A stretch of 63,884 nucleotides of DNA, counting the filler, from Basidiobolus meristosporus CBS 931.73 (lineage: Eukaryota > Fungi > Basidiobolomycota), in assembly GCA_002104905.1 (NCBI GenBank). It is 3 parts of 3 records of this genome, joined end to end, with 100 filler letters (N's around TTAATTAATTAA, not from the genome) between each part and the next. Parts side by side here need not be neighbours in the genome. Positions count along the whole stretch, not along the records: positions 29,404 to 52,639 come from MCFE01000968.1; positions 52,740 to 63,884 come from MCFE01001283.1; 1 more part is not named here. One strand, written 5' to 3'. This document shows positions 47,401 to 57,625 of this stretch, piece by piece. Numbering within the stretch: position 1 is the stretch's first letter; each line of letters opens with the position of its first letter. The notes under the pieces were generated by a model. It had not been told where the DNA came from and made no database searches. It worked only from the letters and a program-made list of their open reading frames with translations. Made by a program: the position numbers and the translations under genes.

Positions 47401-49078
47401 GTTGCAAAGCTTAACTTCATTAGGACAGTTCTAGCCCTGGCAGCTGTACACAGTCTAGATTTACGCCAAATGGATGTCAAAACAGCCTTTCTAAATGGGG
47501 ATTTGCAACTAACTATAATTATGGAGCACCAGAAGGTTTTACCAATCCAAAAGACCCCCATAAGGTGTGTAAAATTAGCAAATTGTTGTATGGGCTCAAG
47601 CAGGCACTTAGAGCATGGAATAACAAGATTGACACATATCTAAAGGAAATTGGGTTCTCTCAAAGCACTGCAGATCACAGTATATATGTGAAACAGCTCA
47701 AAAGGGTGTGATCACCCTAGTTCTGTATGTGGACAACCTAATTATAGCTGCAAGTGACCAAGAGGCACTTAAACAGTTGTAATCAGATCTCTTCAGCAAG
47801 TTTGAGATGAAAGATCTTGGAAAATTGAGCTATTTTTTTGGAATTGAAGTTAGTTTCAACATAACTACGCAGATAATTGTGCTAAATCAGGCCAAGTAAA
47901 TTAGGGATACTCTTAGAGGCTTCAAAATGGAAAATTGCTAACCTACAGCTGCTGCTATCAACAATAACCTGAGATTAAGCAAATCTCAGCCAGTTATAGA
48001 TGAAACGGCTGAAATTTGGACCAAGACTTTCCCTATCAATCAATAGTTGGTAGCCTAATGTACTTGATGGCGTCTACATATCCAGATGTTGCAGTGGGAG
48101 TTGGAATAGTCAGTTAATTCATGCAGAATCATGGATCATATCAAATTGCAGCAGTCAAGCGGATTTTTAGATATCTACAAGGTACCATAAGTATAGTACT
48201 GGAATACTCTAGAGCAGCTAATAGGCAAAAAATTGATGGCTATAGTGATACAGATTGGGGTATGGATCTGATTGACAGATGCTCTACCACAGGCTATGTA
48301 TTTCTTTATGCTGGTATAGCTATTACTTGAAATTGCAAGAAACAACCAACTATGGCCCTATTTACAACTGAAGGAGAATATATGGCTGCATGTCAAACAA
48401 CTAAGAAGGCTATATGGCTAGAAAAATTATTCAAAGACTTAGGTTTTAATTCAGATGAACCAACATATATTTACAAGGATAGTCAAAGTTGTATTTCATT
48501 AGCTAGGAATCCCACCAATCATGCCAGAACTAAGCACATGTATATACAGCATTACTTTGTGAGGGAAGCTGTAGAAAATAACTTAGTAGAGTTAGTGTAC
48601 TGCCCAACTAACAAAATGGTGGCAGATATATTGACAAAACCACTAGCTAGGGCACAATTTGAGAATCCCTGGGAGGAATTAGGATTAAGAAATAATTGAG
48701 TTGAGGGGAAGTGTTGAAATATTGGACTTTTTGGTGTCATTATGCAGCTAAAAATTTACTTAACAATTCTGGACTAGTCTTGGTCAATGTGGAACTACTT
48801 TACAGCTCTAACTTTGCCATTTTTTCAGATCTATGGTCTTATGATTATTCCCCCATAGTTGGTATCAAATTAGCACTAATACAAATTATTATGTACTAAC
48901 CCTAAAACTGTTGCAGAATGCTCCTGAATATTGAGAAATCCTTGTTACTTAGTGTTAGAGCTTAATTACCTCTACAAAGGTAGAAATACTGAGCTTCTTT
49001 ATGAATAAACAACAGTTCAACTTTTATCACTATTTCTTGATAAGTCCCCTACAACCAGATCACTTGTTAAATTGCAAC
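44405..49078 (+). mobile_element. Full-length but mutated Ty1/Copia element
   Basis: LTRs ~44405-44771 and 48712-~49078. PBS GGTTATGAGCCC (Ty5/copia-type half-tRNA-iMet primer site); PPT TTGAGGGGAAG. Domains in Copia order: gag LDGKHYRLWRIKM, protease WYIDS, integrase LQRDNGGEYCS and TPQQNG, RT QMDVKTAFLNG, RNase H ADILTKPL. Flanks TAGTT/TAGCT. Confidence 0.93.
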
Positions 49079-49329
49079 ATAGCTGAACTGTTATTTATTC
49101 ATAAAGAGGATCACTATTTATACCTTTTTGGAAGTAATACAGCTTTAGCACTAAGTAAGGAGGGTTTCTCAACATCTGGGAGCACTCTGCAACAATTTCA
49201 GGGCTAGTAAATAATGTTTGGCAAAAAGTGTGAATTTGATGTTGACTATATGGGAATGATCATAGGATCATAGATGTGAAGAAACTGGCAAAAAAACAGT
49301 ACAAGATTGCAACTCTTACCAACAATGCT

Positions 49330-50108
49330 AAATTGTCAAGATACTGGTCTACCAGGTACTTTGATAATGGGCTAGGCCAATCTGATCCATGCACCTAATT
49401 GAGTTGTGCCACTTGTTTATCTTGGTAAGGCATCAGCAACCATGTTGTTTTTCCTAGGCAGTGGACAATCTGTAAATGAAATTGCTGAATGTATCCATTC
49501 CATCTTGTCATTCTTCTAGAGAGTACCATCTGAGTAAATATATACTTGAGGGAGGCATGCTCAGTCTTTATGGTGCATTTGACTCCTTCAATATAGCATC
49601 TCCATGTCTTCAAGCAGTGTATCATAGCAAGCATCTCCTTCTCTTGCACTGCAATGTTTTGTTCTTCTGAGTTCAGCTTCTTGGATTCAAAAGCAACTGG
49701 GTAGTCCTTGCCCTTGAGTTCTTGGCTCAATATGCCACCAATTGAACAATCTGAAGCATCTACACACAGTAAACACTTTTCTGACGTCAGCTATTCTTAA
49801 GCTTGGCAGCTTAGCAAGATCATTCTTGAGCATCTGAAAGGCAGACTCACAAGCTGTGTCCCACTTGGAGGTATTGTCTTTCCTGGGGATATCAGTCAAA
49901 GGGCCTGCAATACTTGCAAAAGACTTGACAAATCTCCAATTATAGGAAACCATTCCAAGGAATGATCTGAGTTCTGCTATACTATGGGGCTGCTTCAGAT
50001 TCTTGATGACTTTAACCTTCTCAGTGTCTAAGGTTACTCCTGTGCTAGTCATTCTATGTCTCAGATATTCAACATGTTCCTTAGAGGATTCACACTTGGC
50101 AAGCTTGC
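49330..50108 (-). mobile_element. Gypsy RT/RNase H fragment, same family as 35591-39143
   Basis: ELRSFLGMVSYNWRFVKSFASIAGPLTD and DYPVAFESKKLN mirror 36900-37450. Its right end is cut by the LTR at 50109. Confidence 0.8.
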
Positions 50109-52639
50109 TGTTGTATCCAAGAGAAAGTGTAATCAAGCTCTTCAATGGTTTAACTGAACCAAAGGGACAATTAAGTGCAGAATCTTAGAATTGTCAGAGA
50201 GTGGCGGAAATATTAGCAGAAAGATTCTGATCTAATATTGGTCTTGGATATAGCCGGGTTGGCTATAAAGGCAATGATATTTGTTTGCTAGGCAGGCTAG
50301 GCTTGGTGTTATTTGGAGTGCTAGATATACTAGGCTTGGATAGAAACTGGAACGGAATTGTTGGATTCTTATTTTTGCTGAGACAGAATCTTAATTTTGT
50401 TGAGACACACACTAGACCAAAAGGTTCAGTAAACTTTATTTATACTTTTCTGATCAAGTTGAATTAGTAAGCACCAAGGGACTGGATTGAATGAAATCAA
50501 TTTGGGTGTTCATAGGTGCATAATATAAATGAAAATTACATCATCAATCAACTGATGTCTTGGCAACTGCACCATGGTTGGATAGATCTCAGATGACTAA
50601 TCACCTGGGAAGGCTTGGCAGATAGGTTGATAACGTAATGACCATTTGAAAATAGATCAGGTGTGATTGCTAAAAATAGATTCTGAGGTGGGATAAAATA
50701 AACTGTAACTGGGATTTGTTATGTTTGGGTTAGGGAAAATCAGTTAGGGTACTAGATTTTCAAACGGAGTAAAATTGGCTAAGTTTTAAATGTTGATGCA
50801 CAACATCACTTCCTTCCGGAAGAGGAGCTTTTTGATCCCTTCTGGGTTCCTCTACGGCTCCAATACTGATCAATTATGGCAACATCATCAAAGTTGGTGT
50901 AAGGTTCCCAGGTGTTGTGTTTGGCATCATAGCCTTTCCACTTGACTAAATAAAGGCAATTTGGTTCTTCTCCATCATGGTCCACCATAGCTTCAACTTC
51001 ATAGGATTCCAAAGTTACTGGGTCTTGGGAAATAAGTTTGAGTGAAGAAGGTGGAAAGTTTTTGGGTAGCGGTGCTCCAGTGTTATCCTGAAGTACATAA
51101 GATCCTCCAGTAGTGCGTCTGATAACCTTGAATGGTTCTTCATACTTGGGGTCAAGCTTAGATTGCCGGATTGGATCTAGTGTCATGACATATGACCCAT
51201 CTGGGAAGCTGCTGTTCCTGTGTCTTGAGGCGTACGTTGAAGTCATCTTTTGCTGAGAGGCCTTACTTCTGGCACTGATAGCAGGGTAGACAATGTTGGT
51301 AAGGTACTCAAGCTGGTTCTTTAGCTTATCTGTATTCAAACTTGCTAACTCTGTATTCTGGTAGTCTCCAAAGTGGTTGTATCTTCTTCCAAACATCAAG
51401 GAAAATGGTGTTGATCCATGTAGAGCGGCAATTTTGGTGTTGATAGCATATTGTACAGTTGGAATGTACTTGTCCCAATTCTTCTTGATACCTATGATAG
51501 ATTTCCTGATGATGTTCATGGAAGTCTGAACATGTCTTTCAGCCAGTCCATTAGCTTTGGGATGATATGGAGTGATCAGACGGTGATCAATGGCGCTATT
51601 CTAGCAAAGGGCTTTGATCACGTGATTCACAAATTCTGTTCCATTATCCAATTGAATGACCTTAGGGAATCCAAAAAGGCAGAAGAGCTTGAATAGTTCT
51701 TGTGCAATAGTGGCAGCATACTTGTCTGGGATAGCTTTGAGGAAGACAAAACGTGTGCAGACATCCACAATTACAAAGAGGTAGGTATTACCATCATCAC
51801 TAGTGGTGAAAGGTCCAGCTAGATCAATTGCAATATGATCCATAGGAAGGCTTGCATGGATGGGGCTCAAAGGGTGAAATCCATGGCGGCTGATATTGTA
51901 AAGTTGACATTCTCTGCAGGACTTGACAGATTCTAAGCAGTCAACTTTGATATTTGGCCAGTGATATCCATCAGAGTGTAGCTTCTTCATAAGTGTGTCA
52001 GCTCCAAAGTGGCCAAGTAAATGACTCCTCTGTATCAATGTTTTCCTTTGTTCTTCAGGTGGGATTTTCCAAGTTGCTGAATCCAGTTGAGGAATTATTT
52101 TGGAAGTTGTAGAGAGTTTACTGATTACATCAGTAATCACATGTCCCTCCCAAGGTGAAGTTGGAAAAAGTCTTGACAGGTGGTCAGGAAGGATGTTGAG
52201 AATTCCTGGGCAATGCATAACTGATATTCATAATCAAGTAGAGTATCAAGCCAGTTGGTAAGCATTGGAGTCAGAGTCTTCTGAGTGTGGATATAGACAA
52301 GGGCTTGGTGGTCAGTGTACAAGGTAAAAGGATTACCCCATAGATACTGATGAAACTTCTTCAAGGCAAAGACTATGGCAAGTAGCTCCTTCTTGGTAGC
52401 AGAGTAGTTTCTCTCAGCAGGGTGTAGGGACCTGGCTTGGAAAGAGATCCAGTGAGGCGGATTTTGGTCTTCATCTTGATAGAGGACTGCCCCTAACCCA
52501 ACATTAGATGCATCTGTAGCAACAACAAAGGGCTTAGTAAAGTCTGGGTAGGATAAGCTGGGTGCTTGTGGAAGCAGTTGGCAGAGTGACTCAAAGGCTT
52601 GGTCATGAGTCTTGTTCCAGGCTGAGGTGAGATCAGGGC
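50109..52639 (-). mobile_element. Chromovirus-type Gypsy: 3' LTR, RNase H, integrase, chromodomain (truncated by gap)
   Basis: LTR 50109-50805 (TGTTG...CAACA) starts right after the pol stop at 50806-50808, preceded by a purine tract. Motifs ATDASNVGLGAVL, HIAIDLAGP, QLDNGTEF, YHPKANGLAER; chromodomain YEVEAMVDH...YLVKWKGYDAKHNTWEP. Confidence 0.92.
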
Positions 52640-52739
52640 NNNNNNNNNNNNNNNNNNNNNNNNNNNNNNNNNNNNNNNNNNNNTTAATTAATTAANNNNN
52701 NNNNNNNNNNNNNNNNNNNNNNNNNNNNNNNNNNNNNNN
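52640..52739. other. Assembly gap with artificial TTAATTAATTAA spacer
   Basis: N-run with the spacer at 52684-52695. Confidence 0.95.
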
Positions 52740-53168
52740 CGCAACGTATTTATGTAGTCACTAGGGCCGAACAAATTTAGAACCTAAGTAGAAGTGCTAG
52801 TTCTCATGTGGATATAAATGATGGGTTTCTGGCTCGAAAAAACGTACCATTGGACTCAGACCTCTTGTACGTGAGTAGTATTTTATTTCCATGTGAAGAA
52901 AGACCACATACATTTCGTGCTTTGTCTCCTCTATTACATAGACTAATAGGTTGACCCACCGACGTACATTTGGTAATAGAAGTGGGGCGTGCGCTGAGTA
53001 ACTACCCAACCCAAAATACTTCACTTGAATATTCACCCGTGCTGATAATCAACACCGGTTCAATATATCAGCTAGCCACTATCACAGTTGAGCGCAAATG
53101 GTGAAGAGCATGAATCACAATTCATGTGCAGACGAAAAATGTCTACTGTCTTTCGAGAAAAAGATGTC

Positions 53169-53250
53169 TGATGAGAGTGGGGTTCGAACCCACGCCTCCG
53201 GAGAGACTGCGACCTGAACGCAGCGCCTTAGACCACTCGGCCATCTCACC
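53169..53250 (-). tRNA. tRNA-Leu(CAG), copy 1, no intron
   Basis: GGTGAGATGGCCGAGTGGTCTAAGGCGCTGCGTTCAGGTCGCAGTCTCTCCGGAGGCGTGGGTTCGAACCCCACTCTCATCA: cloverleaf, anticodon stem CTGCG/CGCAG with loop TTCAGGT, long variable arm, A73, and a T5 Pol III terminator downstream. Confidence 0.97.
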
Positions 53251-54278
53251 ATCCTGCTTTTGTAACAGAGTAAAAGAGTCACTCGATGTTAAGTGACATC
53301 AACGCATACAAAGACGACTTAGTAGCCAGGGAAAAGCAAATCAAAGACAAATCACCAGACTCACAATAAGGTATAAATACCAAACAAGCAACTAAATAAA
53401 AAGGGAGTTTTTGGTTATAGGCAGAAGAGCGTAGTAGGAACGAATATTAGCTTGAATATATTTCTACAAAGTCACCACCCTAACCTTTTAAAGAGATATT
53501 CTTACACTACCCCGTCGAATCTACAAGATAACATACACGTTATCCCTTTTCGTACTCTCTAAAGGACATTACTCTTTAAGTACATAACAGTTTTGGAGTA
53601 AGAAACAAACTAACCTCAAATGACGGCATAAACAAAATTTTAGTTTTAGGAAGTTTACGAGTATATAATAACTACAACATCTTGAGAGATACTCTTATAC
53701 TACTATTTCGAATCTACACAATTTTCCTCAAGTTATTAATCAGGGGACTAGCACTTCAATTTCCTAGTAGTTTTTACTGCGCAAAGAGCCAGATAGGAAT
53801 ACCATCATGCTAAGACATGCCCGAAAATAAGGCAAACTTCAGATCGCTGGAGCAGAACGAATGTATAATATCAGTAGAAGCGCTTTATTTCATGTAATCA
53901 CAAATGATTTATTTCTGGTTTAAAGAAACGTATCATTGAGCTTTTGACTTTATGTGCGTAAGCGATGCTTTATTTCCATGTTAAAAAACGTCCCTTGCTC
54001 CTATATCACATAAAATTATAGTGACACATATTTAGTAATATATGTAGGGCGTGAGACGGGTAGTTACCAACCAAAAACACAATACTTGCATTAGTCACTT
54101 GGGCCAAAAATCGATATCGCTTTCAATTTAAGGGACCAGCTCAAAATATTGGCTGCCTAACCCATTCACTGAATACTTTTTAGATTCCGGTGGAACTAGT
54201 GTAAAATAGAGTATGAATCGCTTAATTCATGGCTAGTTTAAAATATCTGACATTTCTCAAGAAAGATAAAGCAAAAAG

Positions 54279-54360
54279 TGATGAGAGTGGGGTTCGAACC
54301 CACGCCTCCGGAGAGACTGCGACCTGAACGCAGCGCCTTAGACCACTCGGCCATCTCACC
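54279..54360 (-). tRNA. tRNA-Leu(CAG), copy 2, identical to copy 1
   Basis: Same 82-nt sequence, with TTTTT immediately downstream. Confidence 0.97.
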
Positions 54361-54693
54361 CATTGATATTGGAGTTATTCAAATTTCTGTAACGAATATT
54401 TATAATTTTATCTCAACAATTTTGCAAAGTATTTGTGATCTGCTTCTATTCAACGTGCAATAATGGTGAATCCTTGGGCCCATACTACTACTGGTAAAAA
54501 CGAAGCAACATTAACCCTGTATAAGTTCAGCATAAGCTTATATTTATATTTATCGTGCTGATTATTGGCCCCGTTATCCATTATGCGCACGTATAGGTGA
54601 GCATTCATGGTAGCTAATGCATAGGTATTCCAATTGAACATTTAGCCAAAATTCTTGCAATTTGATTTATTTGTTGAATAATAGGTGGGTAAT

Positions 54694-54923
54694 AACAAGC
54701 TGTCAGAATGTGCAAACCGTCCTCGCCAGGCTGTTGGAATAATCAACCGGCAAGTTCATCAACTGAGTAGGTCCTATGGGCCCGAAGGTCCGATCGGTCA
54801 CTACTCACACTTCCCTTTACGGACAGCGCACTACATCTCATCTACCAGCTTGGTATTAGTGTCTTTGTTGGGAAACAAAGACTGGGAATGTACTATATAC
54901 ATAATCCTGTAAAGTACAGTCGT
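54694..54923 (-). ncRNA. U3 snoRNA
   Basis: 5' end ACGACTGTACTTTACAGGATTATGTATATAGT resembles the U3 GAC box, box A' and box A. Box C' GATGA (54838-54842), box B-like GAAGTGTGAG (54804-54813), hairpin TGAGTAG/CTACTCA with a C(UUCG)G loop, box C TGATGA (54756-54761), box D CTGA (54703-54706). Terminal stem CAAGCTG/CAGCTTG. Confidence 0.88.
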
Positions 54924-54949
54924 GAAGAACAATCGATACACTTGCTCCC

Positions 54950-54957
54950 TATTTATA
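54950..54957 (-). promoter_or_regulatory. TATA box of the U3 gene
   Basis: TATAAATA on the minus strand, 26 nt upstream of the predicted U3 5' end. Confidence 0.65.
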
Positions 54958-55242
54958 CTTTTTTTCCAAATATTTTTGCAAGGTCGTTTAGTGAAAAAAA
55001 AAGGATCGATAGAAAACATTTTTCATCCCACACATTGTTCTATGAAATGGTAGATTTGAACGAGTTCCACTGCATATTTACGGTCACAGATTCAAGCATG
55101 GTTAGGAAATCAATGAAAAAGTAAGGTGTTTATTTCAAAACGAGTATCTATTATTACTACAAACAAATACATATAAGTGAAGTAGATTATTCAGTGAATC
55201 AAGAAATGGTCAGTATATGTCTAATATTTGCGACGGTGGTCT

Positions 55243-56140
55243 TTAAAATTCCTTGAACTCTCCGTTAGTCCATGCACACTTCAATTGAACTTGGAATTCG
55301 GCCATTTGGACGTAGAACAATTTCAAGAGCTGTGCTTGATGTGGGGTCAAAGTATCGCCAACCTTGCAGATGGTGTAATCGACAGGGAGTGTGACGATTC
55401 CATTTTTCAAAATGGTTGGCATACCGAGGCCACGAAGTTGAGGCTCCATGTTATGGGGGAATGGATCGGCACCTCGCTTAACTGGTCCACCTGGAATGAC
55501 CACCTCGTCAGTAGCAACATAGCCGGAGCGTGGGTAATCTTGCTGCTTATACTCTTGGAAGAACCTAAGCACATGGTTAGAAATCTGGATTCTTGCAAAT
55601 CGCCGGGTAAATTGGTTCTTACTTTTCAACTTCTTCGACAGATTTGTTGGTGAACAAGAGACCAACGTCTCCGATCAAAGCGTCGGCGATATGGTGGATG
55701 TTCTCCTTGTATTCCTCTTCTTCAGTGTTACCCAAAGCCTTGGCCATAACCTTATTTTTGCCAAAGAAGAATCTACTGGTCTTCCATTCGTTACGAATAT
55801 CCTTCAGGTAATAGTTTCTCATGTTCTCCACTGAGAAAACGAAGATATTGTTGTACTCATCCGCGCAAGAACGAATCTGTTGATTGGAGAAGAGACAAAG
55901 AACCATCAGTATCTGTGTCTCGGATATTGTCCAGCTTGTGCAGCTATCGACTCTACACATATTGAAAGCTCAGAGGGTCCAATTACCTGCTCAAAGAGGG
56001 CCTCTTTTTCAGCACGACCTTTACTTTCGGTCTTGGTCAAGGATACTAAGCAAAAGTAAAGGTTTAGTTTTCTTGGCGCGAATAGTAGCAAGTAACGGAA
56101 TCGAGGCTTTACCAATCTTCTGTCTCTTTGATTTAGGCAT
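55243..56140 (-). CDS. MRT4: mRNA turnover protein 4 / 60S biogenesis factor (uL10 paralogue); multi-exon
   Basis: MPKSKRQKI-VSLTKT start; ENMRNYYLKDIR; FFFGKNKVMAKALG; GDVGLLFTN; EPQLRGLGMPTILKNG; LTPHQAQLLKLF. Confidence 0.95.
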
Positions 56141-56405
56141 GTTAGTTACAAAGGCAGTAGGGAAGGGCCAGTAACAATGGAGTCGAATGTGGATGTATAT
56201 CTAGTGTCCGAATTTTTTTTCTGGAAAAAAAATGAATGTCAGTTAACTAGTTACATTAGCCACAATTTGAAGCATCATTATTTTGGCTAGGTCCTCGATT
56301 AGAATAATCAGAGTTTGAGTACTCATTCGTTGATTATGTCAGTATCCTGAGCACTTGTGTTTCCAGTGTTAGTTTCAAGGATTATCAGAACATAGACGTT
56401 ACGTT

Positions 56406-57491
56406 ATGAGTCCCAAGATATCGGAAATAAGTGGTTAGTTCTAATACACTGCGTCATATCAACAATTATTGCCAGAATTCAAATTATTGTTAGAATAGAT
56501 TCAGAGGAAGAAGAGTTCTACGAGTCGTTGGAATATGCAGATGAGCCCAATACAGTGCTAAAAGAGACTCAATTGAAGGAGGTCTCTTCAGAGGACCCCA
56601 CTGTTGTAGCTGAGAATTCTACACATGCGATTCCAAAGACAGTGGCCAGCGTCGAAGCTTCTGAGATAAATATAATACCGCCGACGCCGCTCACAGAGGA
56701 GGAAATCGAAGTAATTCCGGTATACAGGAAATACCTTTTCAACAGCTTTTGTCTGACTACTGCTATAGGAACGTGTTCAAGAAGTAGAGAGCTACAAGGC
56801 AGTTGGAAACCAGCTTTTTGGGAGCGGCGAATATGAGAGTGCAGTTGAAAAATACAATCAGGCACTTGAAATATGCCCAAAAGAAAAGCCCTCACTCTTG
56901 GCGCTACTTCACGGAAACATCGCTGCTTGCTATATCAAATTGGTACAGTGTGCTATTGGCCTCTGAGCTTCGTAAGCCAGCTCTCTAAATAGATATTTAG
57001 GAACGTTTGGAGGACGCAGTTAGCGCATGTGATAGTGCACTTGCGCTCGAACCAACCTATGTCAAAGCGCTAGTACGAAGAGCTCAAGCAAATGAAAGAA
57101 TCGGCAAATATTTAGCTTTAAGCTCAGCCCTAGAAGGTTAAGTCGTAGTCCGAATATCCTCATTGTGACCAATATCTAGGATATCTAACGCAATGGGTAG
57201 ATTACAAGAAGTTGCTCGACATAGCACCCAACTATCGTCGCGAATGTGAACGTGCACTTGTGCGCCTACCACCACGGATAGAAGAGCAGCAAGAGATCGA
57301 AAAAGCCGAAATGCTCGGTAAGCATGGTTTAGTTCATACTATGACTTGAACACGAACTAACACGACGGACTACAGAAAAAGTCAAGGACCTGGGAAATCG
57401 GTTTCTGGGCATGTTTGGCCTTTCAACCGACAACTTTCAAATGCAGAAAGATCCATCCACTGGAAACTACTCTATGCAATTCAAGCGTTAG
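56406..57491 (+). CDS. TTC1: TPR protein, TTC1-like co-chaperone; multi-exon
   Basis: Acidic N-terminus; TPRs ([33 protein letters not shown]); C-terminal EML-G...[35 protein letters not shown], characteristic of TTC1. The start codon at 56406 is inferred from a short first exon. Confidence 0.85.
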
Positions 57492-57625
57492 ACACTTCCA
57501 GTCAAGTAATCGCATGTAATTACTCAATCGCCACTAATGCGGGCTAGATTTTAAACGAATAAAAATTGTCTAGTCACATTAATTTCAGTTGGGTGAAATT
57601 TCTGCTTGTTGGAACACAAGTCAGT

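Noticed and set aside
53169-54360. CAG-anticodon tRNA as a sign of CUG reassignment (Ser or Ala)
   Set aside because: It has Leu identity elements (A73, G37, U33, long variable arm) and lacks the G33 hallmark of the CUG-Ser tRNA; standard decoding is assumed.
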